Made by a program: the position numbers and the translations under genes. From assembly GCA_900315225.1 (NCBI GenBank), contig OMYM01000142.1, positions 19,919 to 83,918 of the forward strand: 64,000 nt of DNA. Direction: 5' to 3'. Below the pieces are notes generated by a model. It saw only the letters and a list, made by a program, of their open reading frames with translations, was not told where the DNA came from and did not search any database. Source of the DNA: an uncultured Erysipelotrichaceae bacterium. Lineage in GTDB: Bacteria > Bacillota_I > Bacilli_A > Erysipelotrichales > Erysipelotrichaceae. Shown piece by piece: positions 18,977 to 28,491 of the stretch. Positions within the stretch are counted from its first letter, which is position 1. Each line of letters opens with the position of its first letter.

Positions 18977-20347
18977 TCATTGAAAGATGATCGTTACCTG
19001 ATGCAACAAAGCGTTGGTAATCCGCGGCATATCCCGGTAGAAAGAAGGATAATCCTTATAGCGCTCTTCCAGTTTCTCAATGAAAGACCTGAATTCTTCC
19101 ATGCAATGATACAGCTTATCCTCGTGGATAATGTCGATTTTACCGATATCGCACAAAGCCTCCGCCAATGTCAGCGCCAGATGCTCCTTTGCTTCGCTGG
19201 CGTGTGCCGCAGCGAAATTCATGAAACGCTCTTCATACCAGCGCGGCTGTATCAACAACAGCCGAATCACCTCGACAAAGCTGGTGAATGCTTCGATGTG
19301 GCTGCCGCCATTGATCAAGAAAACCATCATGAACAGCACATGCCATTGGAAATCAACATTCATCCTGGATTCGAAATACCTGCCAATCATATTGCAGAAT
19401 GGGTCGGGCGAGTGAAACGATTCCTCCATGTCCACCCGAAGAGAAAAATCGATGTTGGATTGCGAAAGCATGTTCATTAGCTTCATGTATTCGATCATCT
19501 TTTCGCCATTGTTTTCCCCGTTGACAAAATCCTTGACGTAAATGTATTGCGTAAGCACTGCACTGCATTTCTTGAAATCCGTCGTAAAGCCAAGCGATTC
19601 TCTCATCTTTTGGTTTACCAATTCATTGATGCTACGGGAAAAAAGCGTCTTAAAGCTGATTTCATCCATGCCAACCTTTGAGGACGCGGATTCCTCGGAA
19701 ATCTGTTCGTACATGATCTCCAGTTGCTCGTCAACGACATCAAGGTTTTCCCTGATTGCGGCCAGCATTCTGCGGTTAAAACGCTCTTGGACTACAAATT
19801 CTGGGTTTTTATAGACAACCTCATGCTCGATCTCACTCCAAAAGGCATGCACAAGCGACTTGATTTGCAATTCGTAGTTGACACGCTTTCCGTTGAAAAT
19901 GCAATAGCCATCCACGCGGTAAATCGTAAAACCGTTTCTTTGAACCTGGGGCTGCCGCATGCGAAGATTCATGTAAACGTCAGGATTAAGAGAGCATTGG
20001 GCATACCCTAAATCGTCATTGTCAAAAAAACCGAACAACAACCTATAGAGTTCTTCTTCGTTTTTTTGGAAACGGCATTGAGCGGTAATCCCAATGACAT
20101 CCGAAAGATGCCGCAAGGCATCCTCGGGGGTAAGATAATCGATATAGAAGCGATTCCTGATCAATTTTTCCTTTAAGCTGTCTGTGGTCTTAATGCGTGT
20201 CCTTAAGCCAACGAAACAATCGTTGCGTGTCTCCAGGATCTCCTGGAACAAGCTTTGCAATAACAGGCAAGCATCGCCATAGTTCTTCAGGTTTTCCTCG
20301 AACAAGGTGATCGTGCCGTCAATGAAGTCAAATAACTCTAATTTCAT
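18977..20347 (-). CDS. RelA/SpoT synthetase-like domain protein with long C-terminal region
   Basis: RIK..DSL.EKL, LSD.IG, ELQIKS...FWSEIEHE..YK nucleotidyltransferase motifs. Confidence 0.75.
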   Translation of the reverse strand: MKLELFDFIDGTITLFEENLKNYGDACLLLQSLFQEILETRNDCFVGLRTRIKTTDSLKEKLIRNRFYIDYLTPEDALRHLSDVIGITAQCRFQKNEEELYRLLFGFFDNDDLGYAQCSLNPDVYMNLRMRQPQVQRNGFTIYRVDGYCIFNGKRVNYELQIKSLVHAFWSEIEHEVVYKNPEFVVQERFNRRMLAAIRENLDVVDEQLEIMYEQISEESASSKVGMDEISFKTLFSRSINELVNQKMRESLGFTTDFKKCSAVLTQYIYVKDFVNGENNGEKMIEYMKLMNMLSQSNIDFSLRVDMEESFHSPDPFCNMIGRYFESRMNVDFQWHVLFMMVFLINGGSHIEAFTSFVEVIRLLLIQPRWYEERFMNFAAAHASEAKEHLALTLAEALCDIGKIDIIHEDKLYHCMEEFRSFIEKLEERYKDYPSFYRDMPRITNALLHQVTIIFQ

Positions 20348-20357
20348 ACTTACCTTT

Positions 20358-21671
20358 TCAGCGCATCCGCAGCTGTGTCGGGTATTTGTTCTTCAAGCGC
20401 CCGCAAGAACACTTCGCACCGCCAAGGACATACCCCTTGTACATCACTGCATACCAGCCATTGCGCGCTTCACACATGATCTCCTCGCCATGCAAATAGC
20501 GCAAGCATTGCGTTTCATCAAGCTCAATGCAATTGTTCATGCCCGAATATGCGCTTGTGAACAAATGATGGGAAGGTACAAACGTTTTTCCCTTCATTTC
20601 ACCAAGAAGCACCTGATGGCGCAAGAGATGGATTCTTCCCGTGTCGAAAAAAGGTGCCGTTCCTCCATACAGCTTTCCATTTTTCATCAGCAGGAATGGA
20701 TAGTTTTTCTCCAGCATTTGATCAAGAAATACCTGCGCTTCCCTAGGCACAGGGTCGGATTTCATTAACGAAACCTTTGCCGCACCCCCACCATGCTTGC
20801 GCATTTTCATGACAAAATGTCCTTCTCCACCATGCATTGGATCAATGCGGATCCCCAACCCCGTTCCCTCACCAAGTTCAAAGGAGGGCAAACCGTAATC
20901 CACATTGGGCTTTTCTGCCGTCATGTCGGGATGTGCGCGAAGAAAAGCCAAAACCTGCTTTTCATTTTCCTCCTTGTTAAACGTACAGGTAGAGTACAAG
21001 AGAATGCCATCGGCAGCCACACAATCGTAAGCGTATTCAAGAATTTCCTTTTGCCTTCTTGCGCAAGCAGCGACATTGTCCATGCTCCATTGCGCCATGG
21101 CATCTGGATTCTTGCGAAACATTCCCTCACCAGAACATGGAGCATCGCAAAGCACTGCATCGAAAAAACCATGAAACCGTTCGGCAATCTTGTCCACGGA
21201 GCTGTTTGTCACGCATGTACATGCGCTGCCGTGGCGTTCTATGTTCTCCAACAGAATACGACTTCTCGATGCCACAAACTCATTTGCAAGCAAAAAGCCT
21301 TCGTTTTCCAGCTTTTCAGCGAGTTGCGTGGTCTTGGAACCAGGCGCGGCACATAGATCCAAAACTTTCATCCCTGGAACAATCCCCATGGCGCTGACAG
21401 CACTTGCGGCGCTAGGCTCCTGCATATAGAACAAACCCGCATGCCAAGAAGGCATTGCGCCAGCGGCAATATCCTCGCGAAGAACATACCCATTATCCGC
21501 AAACGGACTCCTTTCACAAGAAAGAGGGAAATTACGGAAAAATTCCCTTTCCGTTGTTTTCAATGTATTCACCCGAAAACCACGCAAAGGTGCCTTGTCC
21601 ACCAACTTCTCGTAATCTTCGAAGGAATCGCCAAACACAGCGCACAAAACAGATTCAATTTCCTTGTTCAT
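20358..21671 (-). CDS. rsmF: RsmF/RsmB (NOL1/NOP2/Sun) rRNA m5C methyltransferase
   Basis: YMQEPSA, LDLCAAPGSKT, DAPCSGEGMFRK, YSTCTF, C-terminal LKNKYP. Confidence 0.88.
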   Translation of the reverse strand: MNKEIESVLCAVFGDSFEDYEKLVDKAPLRGFRVNTLKTTEREFFRNFPLSCERSPFADNGYVLREDIAAGAMPSWHAGLFYMQEPSAASAVSAMGIVPGMKVLDLCAAPGSKTTQLAEKLENEGFLLANEFVASRSRILLENIERHGSACTCVTNSSVDKIAERFHGFFDAVLCDAPCSGEGMFRKNPDAMAQWSMDNVAACARRQKEILEYAYDCVAADGILLYSTCTFNKEENEKQVLAFLRAHPDMTAEKPNVDYGLPSFELGEGTGLGIRIDPMHGGEGHFVMKMRKHGGGAAKVSLMKSDPVPREAQVFLDQMLEKNYPFLLMKNGKLYGGTAPFFDTGRIHLLRHQVLLGEMKGKTFVPSHHLFTSAYSGMNNCIELDETQCLRYLHGEEIMCEARNGWYAVMYKGYVLGGAKCSCGRLKNKYPTQLRMR

Positions 21672-22590
21672 AATCCCGTAGCATTCGTTTAACTTCATCT
21701 AGGTCAAGTTGAAGCTGGGCAACCAGCTCTTCTGCGCCAGGAAATTTCCTTTCATCGCGCACAAAGCCAATAAAAGAAAGCTTGATCGACTTTCCATACA
21801 AATCCTCATGGTCGTCAATCAGATGCGCTTCAATGGATATACGCGCGCTAAAGTTTAAAGTCGGATTATGCCCGATGTTCACCATGGCGCGGTATTTTTG
21901 CGCACCAATTTGTGCATAGCATGCATAGACCCCCGTCTTGGGCAGGATATACTCATCGGAATAGTCAAGGTTTGCGGTGGGGAATCCAAGCTGAGTTCCT
22001 TTGTGTGCGCCATGCTTCACAACACCCTCGATCTCGTATTCATAACCCAACATCTCGTTTACCTTGTCAATCCTGCCCTCTTCAATCGCGGTGGAAATGC
22101 GCGTGCTGGATATTTTACCTTCCTCATCATTGACGGCATCGACAACCGCCACTTCACAATCGACATCTTGGCGCAATGTATCGCCATTGCCTTTCCCTTT
22201 GTATCCATAGTGAAAGTCAAAGCCGCACACCAGACCCTTGAGGTTAAGCTTGCCAAGTATCATGCGCGCAAATTCATCGTGGGACAATTCTGACATTTCC
22301 TTGGTAAATTCAAGGATGACGGTATTATCGATGCCGAAGAAAGCAGCGCGCTGAACCCTTTGCTTCATTGTCGAGATATGCTTGATATCCGTTTTCCCAT
22401 AGATCGCCGTCCATGGATCAGGATTGAAGGTGATCAATGCGCTTTCACAACCATGCTTGCGCGCAAGTGAAATCGTCTTGTCCATGAGCGCCTGGTGCCC
22501 TCGGTGGCATCCATCGAAATAGCCTATGCACGCGCAAAGCGCGTCATCGCACACTTTTTGAGATGTCATTGAAATATTGATGATACGCAT
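21655..22590 (-). CDS. ribF: Bifunctional riboflavin kinase/FAD synthetase
   Basis: G.FDG.H.GH, G.DF.YG, ISSTRI, GFPTAN, IEAH, RDE.KF. Confidence 0.95.
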   Translation of the reverse strand: MRIINISMTSQKVCDDALCACIGYFDGCHRGHQALMDKTISLARKHGCESALITFNPDPWTAIYGKTDIKHISTMKQRVQRAAFFGIDNTVILEFTKEMSELSHDEFARMILGKLNLKGLVCGFDFHYGYKGKGNGDTLRQDVDCEVAVVDAVNDEEGKISSTRISTAIEEGRIDKVNEMLGYEYEIEGVVKHGAHKGTQLGFPTANLDYSDEYILPKTGVYACYAQIGAQKYRAMVNIGHNPTLNFSARISIEAHLIDDHEDLYGKSIKLSFIGFVRDERKFPGAEELVAQLQLDLDEVKRMLRDYEQGN

Positions 22591-22591
22591 A

Positions 22592-23434
22592 TCAATAAAG
22601 CCCCCTGACGCAATGATGCAAACCATCGGCGCGCCTTTCATATGCCGCAAGAAGACTGTTTCCATTTACCAGCATGACCTTTTCCGGGGCGTCTTCCAGC
22701 AATAATGCACGTCCGTTCTTTGCGGCTGCGACCTGTTCCGTCTGCCACTTGCGCCATTGTGGGTCGATCACCTTTGCCGGATCCACAACTCCCATTCCTT
22801 GCTCCAATCCATCAAAATCAACCGCCTCTTCTAAAGACAGTGATTCGATCCCTGTCCTCACCAAAGAAGACATGGCAGCGTACTCGCCCAACAACATGCC
22901 AAAATCATAGATAAGCGTTCGAATGTACGTTCCAGAACTGACACATGCGTTCATTTCAAATAAATTGTTGCCAATTTGATTGACCTCAAGTGAATAAACC
23001 GTCACGGGGCGTGGCACTCTTTCAATCTCCTCGCCCTTGCGCGCATATTCATACAATTTTTTTCCGTTCACTTTGATCGCAGAATACATTGGCGGCACCT
23101 GCATGATGTCGCCACGGAGTTTTTCACATGCACGCGAAATTTCTTCGTTATCATGCGCTATCGGCTGTTTTTGATCCATGATTGTACCAAAAACGTCCTG
23201 GGTATCGGTCAAGGCACCGAATGAAAATGTCGCATGATACGATTTGCGGTCTTTTACCGCAAAAGGAACAAGCTTGGTGTACTTCCCAAGCAGAACAATA
23301 AGCAGACCGCTCGCCTGGGGATCTAGCGTCCCAGTGTGGCCTGCTTTTTTTTCATGAAATATCTGTCGGCACTTTCTAACAGCATCAAACGAAGTGATGC
23401 CCGCCGGCTTGTTTAAAAGTATCACTCTATCCAT
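22592..23434 (-). CDS. truB: tRNA pseudouridine(55) synthase
   Basis: KPAGITSFD, GHTGTLDP, QVPPMYSAIK, GTYIRTL. Confidence 0.96.
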   Translation of the reverse strand: MDRVILLNKPAGITSFDAVRKCRQIFHEKKAGHTGTLDPQASGLLIVLLGKYTKLVPFAVKDRKSYHATFSFGALTDTQDVFGTIMDQKQPIAHDNEEISRACEKLRGDIMQVPPMYSAIKVNGKKLYEYARKGEEIERVPRPVTVYSLEVNQIGNNLFEMNACVSSGTYIRTLIYDFGMLLGEYAAMSSLVRTGIESLSLEEAVDFDGLEQGMGVVDPAKVIDPQWRKWQTEQVAAAKNGRALLLEDAPEKVMLVNGNSLLAAYERRADGLHHCVRGLY

Positions 23435-23530
23435 ATATCGACTTTATTATAACCCATCATGTTATAATGGCAAGGTGTTAAACAGGCATCACTTCATGCC
23501 AAATGCGTATTCCATGACGAAGGAGACGAT

Positions 23531-24361
23531 ATGATCAAGCGTGTGTACATTGAAATCACAAACCGTTGCAATCTCAGATGTGGATTCTGTGATTTTCACC
23601 ACCGCCCTTTCCGCGACATGACCCTGCAGGAATTCCGTCATTGCGCAATGCAGGCCATGACGCTTACGCCATACCTGTACCTGCATGTCCAGGGAGAACC
23701 CCTGCTGCACCCATGTTTTGATGAAATCATGTCCATCTGCGATGAGCTTGGAACTCGTGTGCAGCTTGTCACAAACGGTACAATGCTCGGTGCATTCATG
23801 GATGTATCGCGCCATTCTTCCCTGCGCAAGCTCTCCATTTCCATGCAAAGTGCCATCTACCAGGCAAATCCCATGGAAACATTGCACAATGCCATCGATG
23901 CCATGCGCAAATGCGAAGAAAGAGGGATATATGCAGAAATCCGCTTTTGGCGCAATGACCAATCGGACAATCCTCTCATAAGGCGAATGTTAGAAATGCT
24001 TGGAAATGAATTTGACTTTTCCCCAACTAGCCGTAGCCATAGCCTCCGGCTTTCGGAAAAAATCTTCCTCTCATATGACAATTCGTTTTCTTGGCCAAAC
24101 ACTTCACAACAAGAGATCGGGCGCCGCGGCACATGCCTTGGCACCCGAGGCCAACTGGCCGTGCTTGTGGATGGAACCGTTGTTCCCTGTTGTCTGGACA
24201 GCGAGGGGAACATTGCCTTTGGCAACATTTTCATGCAGTCCATGGAAGAGATCATGGCTTCCAAGCGATTCTCTGCAATGCACGATTCCCTAGAGAACGG
24301 AATATTGAACGAATCACTTTGTCGCAAATGTTCTTTCCGCCTGCGCTTTAACAAACAATAA
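23531..24361 (+). CDS. Radical SAM/SPASM(twitch) domain protein
   Basis: EITNRCNLRCGFC (CX3CX2C), GEPLLHP, C-terminal C...PCC...GN...CRKC; AAGGAG RBS. Confidence 0.9.
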   Translation: MIKRVYIEITNRCNLRCGFCDFHHRPFRDMTLQEFRHCAMQAMTLTPYLYLHVQGEPLLHPCFDEIMSICDELGTRVQLVTNGTMLGAFMDVSRHSSLRKLSISMQSAIYQANPMETLHNAIDAMRKCEERGIYAEIRFWRNDQSDNPLIRRMLEMLGNEFDFSPTSRSHSLRLSEKIFLSYDNSFSWPNTSQQEIGRRGTCLGTRGQLAVLVDGTVVPCCLDSEGNIAFGNIFMQSMEEIMASKRFSAMHDSLENGILNESLCRKCSFRLRFNKQ

Positions 24362-24611
24362 ATCTCATTCCATCCTGCACGTTCAACGCGCGCAAAGACA
24401 CATACAGATCGCACATTTGCCCGCTTTCACACTCCCTGACGCATTCGTTTCCATCGCTTTCATACTTCATGCTTAGCTCCTGTTCCAGCAATTGAAACAG
24501 CAGAGACAGGTTTTGCCTAAAAGACGCCGAAAGCGTGAACATGCATTCATATTCCCTTCCCGTCGCCGCCAGCAAGATTCGCACGCGCACACGATCATTC
24601 TGAGTCGACAA
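24348..24611 (-). CDS. EsaB/YukD-like ubiquitin-fold small protein
   Basis: 87 aa, beta-hairpin start (VRVRI...G.EYE), C-terminal SL..LNV.DG..F.V pattern. Overlaps the essC stop. Confidence 0.6.
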   Translation of the reverse strand: MSTQNDRVRVRILLAATGREYECMFTLSASFRQNLSLLFQLLEQELSMKYESDGNECVRECESGQMCDLYVSLRALNVQDGMRFIVC

Positions 24612-27600
24612 CTTTGATCACCTCGCCTTTCCCTCTTCTGATCAGCACGCCCTCATCGGCGCCGATCTTTTTAATTTTTGTTTGAATTGTATATTGACTG
24701 TTATATCCTTCGCCGACAAATAGTATGCTGTGCGAAGACAACAGGTGGTTATCAAGGATAGATTTCCATTTCCCTAAGGTCAAAAAACGTATAGTATCGC
24801 TCTCGCCATCATGTTCCTTCAGCCATTCTTCCGTTGGCTCGACAATGCAAGGGATTTGATGGTTTTGACAATACACCGTTAACAACTCGAAATCCTCTTC
24901 ATACCCTGCCACCACGGCAAGCTTCTCATTTTCTCCTTTTGCCCGCCATTCATAGTCTTCACGGCAAATGCCTAGCGCCATTCCCTGCAAGCCGCACTCG
25001 CTTGCCCTAACATGCAAAGGCATGCAAGGAATGTGATATGGCGCAAAACAAGGAAGCCTTCGCTTGTTCTCTACGCCAGCTTCCGCGAGCTTTTCATCTG
25101 TAACGTCTGCCATTCTAAATGACAATAGATGATCCTTGCGAATCAAGCCAAACCATTCCTTTGATGCGGTTTCCTTTTCACCCGTCTGAAACAACGCCTG
25201 TATATCCTGAAGATTGTTATTCATCAAGCTGATTTTCATTGCTAAAAGAGACAGGTCCCGATAGTTGAGAATAGATGGCGCAGATGCCATAAGAATTATG
25301 CAAAGAGCGTGATTTTCCGCGTGTTCAATCAGTTCATGTATATCCTCTCGTCGCTCGTCATGCCCATCCAGGAAACTTGTTGTATCTGTGACAACCAACC
25401 ATGTCGTCCCCTTATCTTCAGATTGCCTCTTATGCAAATAAGACAGCAGATTTTTGACCTTTTCCGTTTCATCGCTGCGTAACACATCGCCTAAAGAAGC
25501 CGATTCTGGAACAAGGGATGAGACCTGGGACTCAAGGTCATCAACAATGAAGATCTCGTCATTTTCTTTCACATGGTTTAAAAGACTATAGAGGATCGCT
25601 TTTAAGAAACGGTATTTCTCCTTGCGATAGGGAGAAAACACTCCAAACAGACGTATTTTTTGGCTAAGGCAGAGAAATTCATGGCGGTTATGGTAATAAT
25701 CATCGATCAAACCTACCGCTGGTTCCTCTGCTTGATCCAGCGTTTCTGCGCCAAATGCTTCCGGAGGAAGCACCCATGTGATTTCCTGCGCAAGCCGCAG
25801 CCCTGGAAATACCATGTGAACTCTTTGAATTTCCTCAAGGATCCCTTGCATTTCTGGAGGGCGGCGGGCAGTGGTCGATAATGTCGACTTTACAACCGTA
25901 CCCATGTGATCCAGAATCTCCACTTGTGGCGCCGCAACTGGTTTTCTCATATTGGCATATCCAGAAACACCAGAATACATGACCCCATCCGCCAACATCT
26001 TGAATTGCCCTGGCCTTTGTAGCGATAGGGCGGAATCATTGTGCAACATATCCATCGAATCCTGCTTTTCCGACACTTTCAGACATATCTTGAACCGACT
26101 GTTCGACCAAATCTGTTCAGATACAACACCGCCAGGCTTCTGGGTGACCAGTATCAAGTGAATGCCTAGGCTTCTGCCTGTACGAGCAACGGAAATCAAT
26201 TGATCAAGAAAATCTGGACGCTGTTTTTTCAATTCCGCAAATTCATCGACAACAATGACAAGATCCGGCAAATACGGCAAGTTAAATTCATCGCAATGCG
26301 TTTGGCGATAGTCCGCGATATTCATGATATTGTTGCCAGACAATTCACCCATTTGACGTATTAACAACTGTCTCCTGCGGCATTCTGCCCCAATCCATAC
26401 AAGCGCACGCTTCATTTCATCGACCTCAAGGTTTGACAATGTCCCTGCAACGTGGGGAAGCCGCATTTGACTTGACGCAAACACTTGACCGATCCCTCCA
26501 CCCTTGAAGTCAATCAATACAAATTGCACTTCACGAGGTGAATACGATACCGCTAGGGAAAGGATCAAGGTAATGATCAGCTCACTCTTCCCGCTTCCTG
26601 TCGTTCCTGCGATCAAGCCATGTGGTCCATGTACCTTCTCATGCAGGTCAAGCACAACCTGATGCCCCTTCTCATCCAGCCCAATCACTGCCAGCAAGCC
26701 ATCGTTAGCCCTGTGCGCTTGCCAATGGTCGGCAATCGAGAGTCCAGAAGGTGTCAAGGCATAGAACAGATCCAAAAAAGACGGATCTTGCGCTTGAAAG
26801 AGAAACGTTGTTTCGCCAGCAAATGAGGAAATCACTTTTTCGCAACGGGCATCCAGCCTTTCTAGTGGTTCTAGGGCAATCACCGTGCCATCGCTGTAAT
26901 TAATCGCTTTTCCTTCTCCTCCAGGAAATACATGGAGCCTGCATTCCGCTGATGGATCATTGAAAATGATCCTCGGATATGCAAGACTTTCGTCCGTGGG
27001 ACCTTTATCACCAATCCTGACAATCACAACACCACGATGCTCGCACGCCAGCATTCCCCTGATCTCTACAACATCTTTTTGGCGCAATGCAATCAATCTT
27101 TTTCCATTCGAACAATAACAATGGGGTATGCCAGAAAGCCACTTATTTGAATAATAGTACGCACTGTCTGTAAAAATACATATTGCTAAATTCTCTGGCG
27201 CATACCCGCACATCATCTGCATCAATACATAAAATACCATGGAATCATCACATTCAATCAAGATACTGCCGTATTCATTGACATTGACCACCCATGGGAC
27301 ATAACGAGGCTTCGTTGCCTCCATGCGCAGTTGCGCCACTGCCATTTCTAATTCTTGCTGAAACTTCCTAAAGCGAAACCCTTGGTTAAGCGAATATGAC
27401 AACACGCTGTTCGAATAGCCAAGACGCAACAAAACAGGTTCTTCCTTTTTATCAACAATGCCCTTTTCAAGCCATTGGTTCAAGACAGTTTCTTCAGGCG
27501 CGATTAAGTCGACATCGCGGCGGTAGTCCTCCTCAAAACAGTCCATTTCCCCCTTTACCAACGATAGGTAATGGTCATATTCATCGTTTCTCTCTTTCCT

Positions 27601-28491
27601 TGCCTGCTCCTGGCGCTTTTTTTCAACAATACGCGCCAAGGGATTCCAAAGCAGGGAACTCAATAGCATCATGAAAGGAAGGAGGATCATTGGCAACATG
27701 TCCATGAGTTCTTTTCCTTCAAGATAGCTTCTATAGGCAGAAAGAATACCTGTTGTGAGCGATGCTCCAGACATCATCAACGCCGGTCCAATCGCAAAAA
27801 GAAGCGACCTGTTTTCAAGCTGCGCAATATGCTCTGGTTCCATTAGGTCAATCGACCAAGATGTCTTGACATGAGTGGATGGTCTGCGTTGCCTGCGCAA
27901 TGGAGATTTTTGCGGCAATGGGTCGCAGGCAGGCGAAAAGACATACGGTTCGAGCGAAACGTACATGTTCTCGCATTGATTGACCAAGATGAATCCATCT
28001 TGAAACAAAATCCTGAGATTAAGGCACTCAAGCGCATCTCCTTCTTTAAACTTTTCCGTGCCATTAAGACAATGTCCATTGAAATAGCAAAACATTATTG
28101 ACTCATGCGCTGAAACAATATGGTTTTCAAAATCCATCTGGATGCAGGACGGAATCAACAGAATGCTTTGCACATAAATATCATCGTCAACAGAACAACC
28201 GATGCGAATACATCCGCGCGCAACATACCTTCCGTATCGTTCGTATCCTTTGTCATAATCAGAGAAGGCGATCAGAGCTTGTTTCCCTGTCGCCTTGTTT
28301 CCGATTTTCGCAAAAGAATCATGGGGATTCTGTGGCTTTGAAACAAATGTCAATTCATGCGGAATCTTCACAAGATACCTGTCTTCATGCCGAATCAAGG
28401 AGATCCTGGAACCCAGGATCTCCAGTTCATGACGATTATCCTTGATTTTCAGCGTCCTGCCATTGCCATCCTCGTTAACCGATATCAGCAT
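24595..28491 (-). CDS. essC: EssC/YukB-like type VII secretion FtsK/SpoIIIE ATPase
   Basis: N-terminal FHA-like region, two TM helices plus coiled coil, HGPHGLIAGTTGSGKS, IDFKGG, VVDEFAEL, RTGRSLGIHLILVTQKP. Next to WXG100 genes. Confidence 0.85.
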   Translation of the reverse strand: MLISVNEDGNGRTLKIKDNRHELEILGSRISLIRHEDRYLVKIPHELTFVSKPQNPHDSFAKIGNKATGKQALIAFSDYDKGYERYGRYVARGCIRIGCSVDDDIYVQSILLIPSCIQMDFENHIVSAHESIMFCYFNGHCLNGTEKFKEGDALECLNLRILFQDGFILVNQCENMYVSLEPYVFSPACDPLPQKSPLRRQRRPSTHVKTSWSIDLMEPEHIAQLENRSLLFAIGPALMMSGASLTTGILSAYRSYLEGKELMDMLPMILLPFMMLLSSLLWNPLARIVEKKRQEQARKERNDEYDHYLSLVKGEMDCFEEDYRRDVDLIAPEETVLNQWLEKGIVDKKEEPVLLRLGYSNSVLSYSLNQGFRFRKFQQELEMAVAQLRMEATKPRYVPWVVNVNEYGSILIECDDSMVFYVLMQMMCGYAPENLAICIFTDSAYYYSNKWLSGIPHCYCSNGKRLIALRQKDVVEIRGMLACEHRGVVIVRIGDKGPTDESLAYPRIIFNDPSAECRLHVFPGGEGKAINYSDGTVIALEPLERLDARCEKVISSFAGETTFLFQAQDPSFLDLFYALTPSGLSIADHWQAHRANDGLLAVIGLDEKGHQVVLDLHEKVHGPHGLIAGTTGSGKSELIITLILSLAVSYSPREVQFVLIDFKGGGIGQVFASSQMRLPHVAGTLSNLEVDEMKRALVWIGAECRRRQLLIRQMGELSGNNIMNIADYRQTHCDEFNLPYLPDLVIVVDEFAELKKQRPDFLDQLISVARTGRSLGIHLILVTQKPGGVVSEQIWSNSRFKICLKVSEKQDSMDMLHNDSALSLQRPGQFKMLADGVMYSGVSGYANMRKPVAAPQVEILDHMGTVVKSTLSTTARRPPEMQGILEEIQRVHMVFPGLRLAQEITWVLPPEAFGAETLDQAEEPAVGLIDDYYHNRHEFLCLSQKIRLFGVFSPYRKEKYRFLKAILYSLLNHVKENDEIFIVDDLESQVSSLVPESASLGDVLRSDETEKVKNLLSYLHKRQSEDKGTTWLVVTDTTSFLDGHDERREDIHELIEHAENHALCIILMASAPSILNYRDLSLLAMKISLMNNNLQDIQALFQTGEKETASKEWFGLIRKDHLLSFRMADVTDEKLAEAGVENKRRLPCFAPYHIPCMPLHVRASECGLQGMALGICREDYEWRAKGENEKLAVVAGYEEDFELLTVYCQNHQIPCIVEPTEEWLKEHDGESDTIRFLTLGKWKSILDNHLLSSHSILFVGEGYNSQYTIQTKIKKIGADEGVLIRRGKGEVIKVVDSE

